Shown here in pieces: positions 52,201 through 64,000 of a DNA stretch of 64,000 nucleotides. Both the position numbers and the translations under genes were made by a program. This DNA is from Ranitomeya imitator (lineage: Eukaryota): the NCBI RefSeq assembly GCF_032444005.1, contig NW_027193546.1, positions 806,001 to 870,000 of the forward strand, read 5' to 3'. How positions within the stretch are numbered: the first letter of the stretch is position 1; every line of letters starts with the position of its first letter. The notes beneath the pieces are model-generated. The model saw only the letters and a program-made list of their open reading frames with translations, did not search any database and had not been told where the DNA came from.

Positions 52201-55200
52201 TGCGTGGAGGAGGAGGTGGCACTGATCATACAGCTCTGCGGGGAGAAAGTGGTGGCACTGATCATACAGCTCTGCAGGGAGAGGGTGGTGGCACTGATCA
52301 TACAGCTCTGCGGGGAGAGGTGGTGGCACTGATCATACAGCTCTGCGGGAGAGGATGGTGGCACTGATCATACAGCTCTGCGGGAGAGGGTGGTGGCACT
52401 GATCATACAGCTCTGCCGGGAGTGGTGGTGGCACTGATTATACAGCTCTGCGGGGAGAGGGTGGTGGCTCTGATCATACAGCTCTGCGGGGTGGAGGTGA
52501 TATTTCTGATCATACAGCTCTGCGGGGTGGAGGTGGTGGCACTGATTATATAGCTCTGCGGGGAGGAAGTGGTGGCTCTGATCATACAGCTCTGCGGGGG
52601 AGAAGGTGGTGGCACTGATCATACAGCTCTGCGGGGTGGAGGTGATTTCTCTGATCATACAGCTCTGCAGGGAGGAGTAGGTGGTGGCACTGATGATACA
52701 GCTCTGCGGGGAGGAGGTGGTGGCACTGATCATACAGCTCTGCGGGAGAGGGTGGTGGCACTGATCATACAGCTCTGCGGGGAGTGGTGGTGGCACTGAT
52801 CATACAGCTCTGCGGGGAGAAGGTGGTGGCTCTGATCATACGGCTCTGCGCGGAGGAGGTGATTTCTCTGATCATACAGCTCTGCAGGGAGGAGGAGGTG
52901 GTGGCTCTGATCATACAGCTCTGCGGGGAGAAGGTGGTGGCTCTGATCACACAGCTCTGCGGGGAGGAGAAGGTGGTGGCACTGATCGTACAGCTCTGCG
53001 GGGAGGAGGTGGTGGCACTGATCATACAGCTCTGCAGGGAGGAGGTGGTGGCACTGATCATACAGCTCTGCGGGGAGGAGGTGGTGGCACTGATCATACA
53101 GCTCTGCGGGGAGGAGGTGGTGGCACTGATCATACAGCTCTGCGGGGAGGAGGTGGTGGCACTGATCATACAGCTCTGCGGGGAGGAGGAGGTGGCACTG
53201 ATCATACAGCTCTGCGGGGAGGAGGTGGTGGCACTGATCATACAGCTCTGCGGGGAGGAGGTGGTGGCACTGATCATACAGCTCTGCGGGGAGAGGGTGG
53301 TGGTACTGATCATACAGTTCTGCGTGGAGGAGGAGGTGGCACTGATCATACAGCTCTGCGGGGAGAAAGTGGTGGCACTGATCATACAGCTCTGCAGGGA
53401 GAGGGTGGTGGCACTGATCATACAGCTCTGCGGGGAGAGGTGGTGGCACTGATCATACAGCTCTGCGGGAGAGGGTGGTGGCACTGATCATACAGCTCTG
53501 CGGGGAGAGGGTGGTGGCTCTGATCATACAGCTCTGCGGGGAGGAAGTGGTGGCTCTGATCATACAGCTCTGCGGGGTGGAGGTGATTTCTCTGATCATA
53601 CAGCTCTGCGGGGTGGAGGTGCTGGCACTGATTATATAGCTCTGCGGGGAGGAAGTGGTGGCTCTGATCATACAGCTCTGCGGGGGAGAAGGTGGTGGCA
53701 CTGATCATACAGCTCTGCGGGGTGGAGGTGATTTCTCTGATCATACAGCTCTGCAGGGAGGAGTAGGTGGTGGCACTGATGATACAGCTCTGCGGGGAGG
53801 AGGTGGTGGCACTGATCATACAGCTCTGCGGGAGAGGGTGGTGGCACTGATCATACAGCTCTGCGGGGAGTGGTGGTGGCACTGATCATACAGCTCTGCG
53901 GGGAGAAGGTGGTGGCTCTGATCATACGGCTCTGCGCGGAGGAGGTGATTTCTCAGATCATACAGCTCTTCAGGGAGGAGGAGGTGGTGGCTCTGATCAT
54001 ACAGCTCTGCGGGGAGAAGGTGGTGGCTCTGATCATACAGCTCTGCGGGGAGGAGAAGGTGGTGGCACTGATCGTACAGCTCTGCGGGGAGAAGGTGGTG
54101 GCACTGATCATACAGCTCTGCAGGGAGGAGGTGGTGGCACTGATCATACAGCTCTGCGGGGAGAAGGTGTTGGCACTGATCATACAGCTCTGCGGGGAGT
54201 GGTGGTGGCACTGATCATACAGCTCTGCGGGGAGAGGGTGGTGGCTCTGATCATACAGCTCTGCGGGGAGGAAGTGGTGGCTCTGATCATACAGCTCTGC
54301 GGGGTGGAGGTGATTTCTCTGATCATACAGCTCTGCGGGGTGGAGGTGCTGGCACTGATTATATAGCTCTGCGGGGAGGAAGTGGTGGCTCTGATCATAC
54401 AGCTCTGCGGGGGAGAAGGTGGTGGCACTGATCATACAGCTCTGCGGGGTGGAGGTGATTTCTCTGATCATACAGCTCTGCAGGGAGGAGTAGGTGGTGG
54501 CACTGATGATACAGCTCTGCGGGGAGGAGGTGGTGGCACTGATCATACAGCTCTGCGGGAGAGGGTGGTGGCACTGATCATACAGCTCTGCGGGGAGTGG
54601 TGGTGGCACTGATCATACAGCTCTGCGGGGAGAAGGTGGTGGCTCTGATCATACGGCTCTGCGCGGAGGAGGTGATTTCTCAGATCATACAGCTCTTCAG
54701 GGAGGAGGAGGTGGTGGCTCTGATCATACAGCTCTGCGGGGAGAAGGTGGTGGCTCTGATCATACAGCTCTGCGGGGAGGAGAAGGTGGTGGCACTGATC
54801 GTACAGCTCTGCGGGGAGAAGGTGGTGGCACTGATCATACAGCTCTGCAGGGAGGAGGTGGTGGCACTGATCATACAGCTCTGCGGGGAGAAGGTGTTGG
54901 CACTGATCATACAGATATCCGGGTAGGAGGTGATTTCTCTGATCATACAGCTCTGCGAGCAGGAGATGATTTCTCTGATCATACAGCTCTGCAGGGAGGA
55001 GGAGGTGGTGGCACTGATCATACAGCTCTGCGGGGAGGAGGTGGTGGCTCTGATCATACAGCTCTGCGGGTAGGAGGTGGTGGCTCTGATCATACAGCTC
55101 TGCGGGGAGAGGGTGGTGGCACTGATCATACAGCTCTGCGGGGAGGAGGTGATTTCTCTGATCATACAGCTCTGCAGGGAGCAGGTGGTGGCTCTGATCA

Positions 55201-58200
55201 TACAGCTCTGCGGGGAGGAGGTGGTGGCTCTGATCATACAGCTCTGCGGGGAGGAGGAGGTGGCACTGATCATACAGCTCTGCGGGGAGGAGGTGGTGGC
55301 ACTGATCATACAGCTCTGCGGGGAGGAGGTGGTGGCACTGATCATACAGCTCTGCGGGGAGGAGGTGGTGGCACTGATCATACAGCTCTGCGGGGAGGAG
55401 GAGGTGGCACTGATCATACAGCTCTGCGGGGAGGAGGTGGTGGCACTGATCATACAGCTCTGCGGGGAGGAGGTGGTGGCACTGATCATACAGCTCTGCG
55501 GGGAGAGGGTGGTGGTACTGATCATACAGTTCTGCGTGGAGGAGGAGGTGGCACTGATCATACAGCTCTGCGGGGAGAAAGTGGTGGCACTGATCATACA
55601 GCTCTGCAGGGAGAGGGTGGTGGCACTGATCATACAGCTCTGCGGGGAGAGGTGGTGGCACTGATCATACAGCTCTGCGGGAGAGGGTGGTGGCACTGAT
55701 CATACAGCTCTGCGGGGAGAGGGTGGTGGCTCTGATCATACAGCTCTGCGGGGAGGAAGTGGTGGCTCTGATCATACAGCTCTGCGGGGTGGAGGTGATT
55801 TCTCTGATCATACAGCTCTGCGGGGTGGAGGTGCTGGCACTGATTATATAGCTCTGCGGGGAGGAAGTGGTGGCTCTGATCATACAGCTCTGCGGGGGAG
55901 AAGGTGGTGGCACTGATCATACAGCTCTGCGGGGTGGAGGTGATTTCTCTGATCATACAGCTCTGCAGGGAGGAGTAGGTGGTGGCACTGATGATACAGC
56001 TCTGCGGGGAGGAGGTGGTGGCACTGATCATACAGCTCTGCGGGAGAGGGTGGTGGCACTGATCATACAGCTCTGCGGGGAGTGGTCGTGGCACTGATCA
56101 TACAGCTCTGCGGGGAGAAGGTGGTGGCTCTGATCATACGGCTCTGCGCGGAGGAGGTGATTTCTCAGATCATACAGCTCTGCAGGGAGGAGGAGGTGGT
56201 GGCTCTGATCATACAGCTCTGCGGGGAGAAGGTGGTGGCTCTGATCATACAGCTCTGCGGGGAGGAGAAGGTGGTGGCACTGATCGTACAGCTCTGCGGG
56301 GAGGAGGTGGTGGCACTGATCATACACCTCTGCAGGGAGGAGGTGGTGGCACTGATCATACAGCTCTGCGGGGAGAAGGTGTTGGCACTGATCATACAGA
56401 TATCCGGGGAGGAGGTGATTTCTCTGATCATACAGCTCTGCGAGGAGGAGATGATTTCTCTGATCATACAGCTCTGCAGGGAGGAGGAGGTGGTGGCACT
56501 GATCATACAGCTCTGCAGGGAGGAGATGGTGGCACTGATCATACAGCTCTGCGGGGAGAAGGTGTTGGCACTGATCATACAGCTCTGCGGGGAGAAGGTG
56601 GTGGCACTAATCATACAGCTCTGCGGGGAGGAGGTGGTGGCAATGATCATACAGCTCTGCGGGGAGAAGGTGGTGGCTCTGATCATACAGCTCTGCGGGG
56701 AGGAGAAGGTGTTGGCACTGATCATACAGCTGTGCGGGGAGGAGGTGATTTCTCTGATCATACAGCTCTGCAGGGAGGAGGTGGTGGCTCTGATCATACA
56801 GCTCTGCGGGGAGGAGGTGGTGGCTTTGATCATGCAGCTCTGCGGGAGAGGGTGGTGGCACTGATCATACAGCTCTGCGGGGAGTGGTGGTGGCACTGAT
56901 TATACAGCTCTGCGGGGAGAGGGTGGTGGCTCTGATCATACAGCTCTGCGGGGTGGAGGTGATATTTCTGATCATACAGCTCTGCGGGGTGGAGGTGGTG
57001 GCACTGATTATATAGCTCTGCGGGGAGGAAGTGGTGGCTCTGATCATACAGCTCTGCGGGGGAGAAGGTGGTGGCACTGATCATACAGCTCTGCGGGGTG
57101 GAGGTGATTTCTCTGATCATACAGCTCTGCAGGGAGGAGTAGGTGGTGGCACTGATGATACAGCTCTGCGGGGAGGAGGTGGTGGCACTGATCATACAGC
57201 TCTGCGGGAGAGGGTGGTGGCACTGATCATACAGCTCTGCGGGGAGTGGTGGTGGCACTGATCATACAGCTCTGCGGGGAGAAGGTGGTGGCTCTGATCA
57301 TACAGCTCTGCGGGGAGGAGAAGGTGTTGGCACTGATCATACAGCTCTGCGGGGAGAAGGTGGTGGCTCTGATCATACGGCTCTGCGCGGAGGAGGTGAT
57401 TTCTCTGATCATACAGCTCTGCAGGGAGGAGGATTTGGTGGCTCTGATCATACAGCTCTGCGGAGAGAAGGTGGTGGCACTGATCATACAGCTCTGCGGG
57501 GAGGAGAAGGTGGTGGCACTGATCGTACAGCTCTGCGGAGAGGAGGTGGTGGCACTGATCATACAGCTCTGCGGGGAGGAGGTGGTGGCTCTGATCATAC
57601 AGCTCTGCGGGGAGGAGGTGGTGGCACTGATCATACAGCTGTGCGGGGAGGAGGTGATTTCTCTGATCATACGGCTCTGCGCGGAGGAGGTGATTTCTCT
57701 GATCATACAGCTCTGCAGGGAGGAGGAGGTTATGGCTCTGATCATACAGCTCTGAGGGGAGTAGGTGGTGGCTCTGATCATACAGCTCTGCGGGGAGAGG
57801 CTGGTGGCACTGATCATACAGCTCTGCGGGGAGGAGGTGATGGCTCTGATCCTACAGCTCTGCGGGGAGAATGTGGTGGCTCTGATCATACAGCTCTGCG
57901 GGGAGAAGGTGGTGGCACTGATCATACAGCTCTCCGGGGAGGAGGTGATTTCTCTGATCATACAGCTCTGCAGGGAGGAGGTGGTGGCTCTGATCATACA
58001 GCTCTGCGGGGAGGAGGTGGTGGCTCTGATCATGCAGCTCTGCGGGGAGGAGGTGGTGGCACTGATCATACAGCTGTGCGGGGAGGAGGTGGTGGCACTG
58101 ATCATACAGCTCTGCGGGGAGGAGGTGGTGGCTCTGATCATACAGCTCTGCGGGTAGGAGGTGGTGGCTCTGATCATACAGCTCTGCGGGGAGAGGGTGG

Positions 58201-61200
58201 TGGCACTGATCATACAGCTCTGCGGGGAGGAGGTGGTGGCACTGATCATACAGCTCTGCGGGGAGGAGGTGGTGGCACTGATCATACAGCTCTGCGGGGA
58301 GAGGGTGGTGGTACTGATCATACAGTTCTGCGTGGAGGAGGAGGTGGCACTGATCATACAGCTCTGCGGGGAGAAAGTGGTGGCACTGATCATACAGCTC
58401 TGCAGGGAGAGGGTGGTGGCACTGATCATACAGCTCTGCGGGGAGAGGTGGTGGCACTGATCATACAGCTCTGCGGGAGAGGGTGGTGGCACTGATCATA
58501 CAGCTCTGCGGGGAGAGGGTGGTGGCTCTGATCATACAGCTCTGCGGGGAGGAAGTGGTGGCTCTGATCATACAGCTCTGCGGGGTGGAGGTGATTTCTC
58601 TGATCATACAGCTCTGCGGGGTGGAGGTGCTGGCACTGATTATATAGCTCTGCGGGGAGGAAGTGGTGGCTCTGATCATACAGCTCTGCGGGGGAGAAGG
58701 TGGTGGCACTGATCATACAGCTCTGCGGGGTGGAGGTGATTTCTCTGATCATACAGCTCTGCAGGGAGGAGTAGGTGGTGGCACTGATGATACAGCTCTG
58801 CGGGGAGGAGGTGGTGGCACTGATCATACAGCTCTGCGGGAGAGGGTGGTGGCACTGATCATACAGCTCTGCGGGGAGTGGTGGTGGCACTGATCATACA
58901 GCTCTGCGGGGAGAAGGTGGTGGCTCTGATCATACGGCTCTGCGCGGAGGAGGTGATTTCTCAGATCATACAGCTCTGCAGGGAGGAGGAGGTGGTGGCT
59001 CTGATCATACAGCTCTGCGGGGAGAAGGTGGTGGCTCTGATCATACAGCTCTGCGGGGAGGAGAAGGTGGTGGCACTGATCGTACAGCTCTGCGGGGAGG
59101 AGGTGGTGGCACTGATCATACAGCTCTGCAGGGAGGAGGTGGTGGCACTGATCATACAGCTCTGCGGGGAGAAGGTGTTGGCACTGATCATACAGCTCTC
59201 CGGGGAGGAGGTGATTTCTCTGATCATACAGCTCTGCGAGGAGGAGATGATTTCTCTGATCATACAGCTCTGCAGGGAGGAGGAGGTGGTGGCACTGATC
59301 ATACAGCTCTGCAGGGAGGAGATGGTGGCACTGATCATACAGCTCTGCGGGGAGAAGGTGTTGGCACTGATCATACAGCTCTGCGGGGAGAAGGTGGTGG
59401 CACTGATCATACAGCTCTGCGGGGAGGAGGTGGTGGCAATGATCATACAGCTCTGCGGGGAGAAGGTGGTGGCTCTGATCATACAGCTCTGCGGGGAGGA
59501 GAAGGTGTTGGCACTGATCATACAGCTGTGCGGGGAGGAGGTGATTTCTCTGATCATACAGCTCTGCAGGGAGGAGGTGGTGGCTCTGATCATACAGCTC
59601 TGCGGGGAGGAGGTGGTGGCTCTGATCATGCAGCTCTGCGGGAGAGGGTGGTGGCACTGATCATACAGCTCTGCGGGGAGTGGTGGTGGCACTGATTATA
59701 CAGCTCTGCGGGGAGAGGGTGGTGGCTCTGATCATACAGCTCTGCGGGGTGGAGGTGATATTTCTGATCATACAGCTCTGCGGGGTGGAGGTGGTGGCAC
59801 TGATTATATAGCTCTGCGGGGAGGAAGTGGTGGCTCTGATCATACAGCTCTGCGGGGTGGAGGTGATTTCTCTGATCATACAGCTCTGCAGGGAGGAGTA
59901 GGTGGTGGCACTGATGATACAGCTCTGCGGGGAGGAGGTGGTGGCACTGATCATACAGCTCTGCGGGAGAGGGTGGTGGCACTGATCATACAGCTCTGCG
60001 GGGAGTGGTGGTGGCACTGATCATACAGCTCTGCGGGGAGAAGGTGGTGGCTCTGATCATACGGCTCTGCGCGGAGGAGGTGATTTATCTGATCATACAG
60101 CTCTGCAGGGAGGAGGAGGTGGTGGCTCTGATCATACAGCTCTGCGGGGAGGAGGTAGTGGCTTTGATCATACAGCTCTGCGGGGAGGAGGTGGTGGCAC
60201 TGGTCATACAGCTCTGCGGGGAGAGGGTGGTGGTACTGATCATACAGTTCTGCGTGGAGGAGGAGGTGGCACTGATCATACAGCTCTGCGGGGAGAAAGT
60301 GGTGGCACTGATCATACAGCTCTGCAGGGAGAGGGTGGTGGCACTGATCATACAGCTCTGCGGGGAGAGGTGGTGGCACTGATCATACAGCTCTGCGGGA
60401 GAGGATGGTGGCACTGATCATACAGCTCTGCGGGAGAGGGTGGTGGCACTGATCATACAGCTCTGCGGGGAGTGGTGGTGGCACTGATTATACAGCTCTG
60501 CGGGGAGAGGGTGGTGGCTCTGATCATACAGCTCTGCGGGGAGGAGGTGGTGGCACTGATCATACAGCTGTGCGGGGAGGAGGTGGTGGCACTGATCATA
60601 CAGCTCTGCGGGGAGGAGGTGGTGGCACTGATCATACAGCTCTGCGGGGAGGAGGTGGTGGCACTGATCATACAGCTCTGCGGGGAGGAGGAGGTGTCAC
60701 TGATCATACAGCTCTGCGGGGAGGAGGTGGTGGCACTGATCATACAGCTCTGCGGGGAGGAGGTGGTGGCACTGATCATACAGCTCTGCGGGGAGAGGGT
60801 GGTGGTACTGATCATACAGTTCTGCGTGGAGGAGGAGGTGGCACTGATCATACAGCTCTGAGGGGAGAAAGTGGTGGCACTGATCATACAGCTCTGCAGG
60901 GAGAGGGTGGTGGCACTGATCATACAGCTCTGCGGGGAGAGGTGGTGGCACTGATCATACAGCTCTGCGGGAGAGGGTGGTGGCACTGATCATACAGCTC
61001 TGCGGGGAGAGGGTGGTGGCTCTGATCATACAGCTCTGCGGGGAGGAGGTGGTGGCTCTGATCATACAGCTCTGCGGGGTGGAGGTGATTTCTCTGATCA
61101 TACAGCTCTGCGGGGTGGAGGTGGTGTCACTGATTATATAGCTCTGCGGGGAGGAGGTGGTGGCTCTGATCATACAGCTCTGCGGGGGAGAAGGTGGTGG

Positions 61201-64000
61201 CACTGATCATACAGCTCTGCGGGGTGGAGGTGATTTCTCTGATCATACAGCTCTGCAGGGAGGAGTAGGTGGTGGCACTGATGATACAGCTCTGCGGGGA
61301 GGAGGTGGTGGCACTGATCATACAGCTCTGCGGGAGAGGGTGGTGGCACTGATCATACAGCTCTGCGGGGAGTGGTGGTGGCACTGATCATACAGCTCTG
61401 CGGGGAGAAGGTGGTGGCTCTGATCATACGGCTCTGCGCGGAGGAGGTGATTTCTCTGATCATACAGCTCTGCAGGGAGGAGGAGGTGGTGGCTCTGATC
61501 ATACAGCTCTGCGGGGAGAAGGTGGTGGCTCTGATCATACAGCTCTGCGGGGAGGAGAAGGTGGTGGCACTGATCGTACAGCTCTGCGGGGAGGAGGTGG
61601 TGGCACTGATCATACAGCTCTGCAGGGAGGAGGTGGTGGCACTGATCATACAGCTCTGCGGGGAGAAGGTGGTGGCACTGATCATACAGCTCTGCGGGGA
61701 GTGGTGGTGGCACTGATCATACAGCTCTGCGGGGAGAAGGTGGTGGCTTTGATCATACGGCTCTGCGCGGAGGAGGTGATTTCTCTGATCATACAGCTCT
61801 GCGGGGTGGAGGTGATTTCTCTGATCATACAGCTCTGCGGGGAGGAGGTGGTGGCACTGATCATACAGCTCTGCGGGAGAGGGTGGTGGCACTGATCATA
61901 CAGCTCTGCGGGAGAGGGTGGTGGCACTGATCATACAGCTCTGCGGGGAGAGGGTGGTGGCTCTGATCATACAGCTCTGCGGGGAGGAGGTGGTGGCTCT
62001 GATCATACAGCTCTGCGGGGTGGAGGTGATTTCTCTGATCATACAGCTCTGCGGGGTGGAGGTGGTGTCACTGATTATATAGCTCTGCGGGGAGGAAGTG
62101 GTGGCTCTGATCATACAGCTCTGCGGGGGAGAAGGTGGTGGCACTGATCATACAGCTCTGCGGGGTGGAGGTGATTTCTCTGATCATACAGCTCTGCAGG
62201 GAGGAGTAGGTGGTGGCACTGATGATACAGCTCTGCGGGGAGGAGGTGGTGGCACTGATCATACAGCTCTGCGGGAGAGGGTGGTGGCACTGATCATACA
62301 GCTCTGCGGGGAGTGGTGGTGGCACTGATCATACAGCTCTGCGGGGAGAAGGTGGTGGCTCTGATCATACGGCTCTGCGCGGAGGAGGTGATTTCTCTGA
62401 TCATACAGCTCTGCAGGGAGGAGGAGGTGGTGGCTCTGATCATACAGCTCTGCGGGGAGAAGGTGGTGGCTCTGATCATACAGCTCTGCGGGGAGGAGAA
62501 GGTGGTGGCACTGATCGTACAGCTCTGCGGGGAGGAGGTGGTGGCACTGATCATACAGCTCTGCAGGGAGGAGGTGGTGGCACTGGTCATACAGCTCTGC
62601 GGGGAGAGGGTGGTGGTACTGATCATACAGTTCTGCGTGGAGGAGGAGGTGGCACTGATCATACAGCTCTGCGGGGAGAAAGTGGTGGCACTGATCATAC
62701 AGCTCTGCAGGGAGAGGGTGGTGGCACTGATCATACAGCTCTGCGGGGAGAGGTGGTGGCACTGATCATACAGCTCTGCGGGAGAGGATGGTGGCACTGA
62801 TCATACAGCTCTGCGGGAGAGGGTGGTGGCACTGATCATACAGCTCTGCGGGGAGTGGTGGTGGCACTGATTATACAGCTCTGCGGGGAGAGGGTGGTGG
62901 CTCTGATCATACAGCTCTGCGGGGTGGAGGTGATTTCTCTGATCATACAGCTCTGCAGGGAGGAGTAGGTGGTGGCACTGATGATACAGCTCTGCGGGGA
63001 GGAGGTGGTGGCACTGATCATACAGCTCTGCGGGAGAGGGTGGTGGCACTGATCATACAGCTCTGCGGGGAGTGGTGGTGGCACTGATCATACAGCTCTG
63101 CGGGGAGAAGGTGGTGGCTCTGATCATACGGCTCTGCGCGGAGGAGGTGATTTCTCTGATCATACAGCTCTGCAGGGAGGAGGAGGTGGTGGCTCTGATC
63201 ATACAGCTCTGCGGGGAGAAGGTGGTGGCTCTGATCATACAGCTCTGCGGGGAGGAGAAGGTGGTGGCACTGATCGTACAGCTCTGCGGGGAGGAGGTGG
63301 TGGCACTGATCATACAGCTCTGCAGGGAGGAGGTGGTGGCACTGATCATACAGCTCTGCGGGGAGAAGGTGGTGGCTCTGATCATACAGCTCTGCGGGGA
63401 GGAGAAGGTGGTGGCACTGATCGTACAGCTCTGCGGGGAGGAGGTGGTGGCACTGATCATACAGCTCTGCAGGGAGGAGGTGGTGGCACTGATCATACAG
63501 CTCTGCGGGGAGAAGGTGTTGGCACTGATCATACAGCTCTCCGGGGAGGAGGTGATTTCTCTGATCATACAGCTCTGCAAGGAGGAGGTGGTGGCTCTGA
63601 TCATACAGCTCTGCGGGGAGAGGGTGGTGGCACTGATCATACAGCTCTGCGGGGAGGAGGTGATGGCTCTGATCCTACAGCTCTGCGGGGAGAATGTGGT
63701 GGCACTGATCATACAGCTCTGCGGGGAGGAGGTGGTGGCACTGATCATACAGCTCTGCGGGGAGAAGGTTTTGGCACTGATCATACAGCTCTGCGGGGAG
63801 AAGGTGGTGGCACTGATCATACGGCTGTGCGCGGAGGAGATGATTTCTCTGATCAAACAGCTCTGCAGGGAGGAGGAGGTGGTGGCACTGATCATACAGC
63901 TCTGCAGGGAGGAGATGGTGGCACTGATCATACAGCTCTGCGGGGAGAAGGTGTTGGCACTGATCATACAGCTCTGGGGGGAGAAGGTGGTGGCACTGAT
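22272..64000. repeat. 36-bp G-rich tandem array (CACTGATCATACAGCTCTGCGGGGAGGAGGTGGTGG; 35/37/39-bp variants), ~1,150 units, running off the window end
   Basis: Continuous tandem units with no unique spacers; TGATCA in most units; the consensus has 15 G versus 7 C on the + strand. Confidence 0.99.

Noticed and set aside
22272-64000. CRISPR-like 36-bp periodicity
   Set aside because: There are no unique spacers (the units are contiguous), no cas genes, and the context is eukaryotic.
22272-64000. Resemblance of GGAGGTGGTGG / CCACCACCTCCTCC to Chi, the minisatellite core or the PRDM9 motif
   Set aside because: Matches are imperfect and expected for any G-rich repeat; nothing in the sequence supports a function.

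Overview
Vertebrate genomic DNA, most likely an anuran amphibian (inferred from the histone and CR1 sequences). The first ~22 kb is a replication-dependent histone cluster: H1(-, partial), H4(+), H2A(-), truncated H2A(-), H2B(-, core masked by N), an orphan histone 3' stem-loop, H4(-) and H3.2(-). It is interspersed with a BRAT1-like pseudogene fragment, L2-type LINE fragments, two 3' CR1 fragments and one full-length CR1 LINE with intact ORFs. That CR1 is flanked by a 1,331-bp near-perfect direct duplication, which places a complete H2A promoter and 51 H2A codons head-to-tail in front of the element. From 22,272 to the window end (~41.7 kb, ~1,150 units) lies a G-rich 36-bp tandem array with nested higher-order duplications; all long ORFs there are repeat artefacts. 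The most notable observations are: (1) the histone-promoter-captured CR1 with its giant flanking duplication; (2) a CR1 retrocopy with six clustered sense-strand A>G changes that look like fossilised ADAR editing; (3) octamer-bearing 126-bp monomers at the CR1 5' end; (4) an eight-copy fixed-spacing CCAAT-MYB-CHR-E2F-like module spread through the cluster; (5) the BRAT1 remnant.
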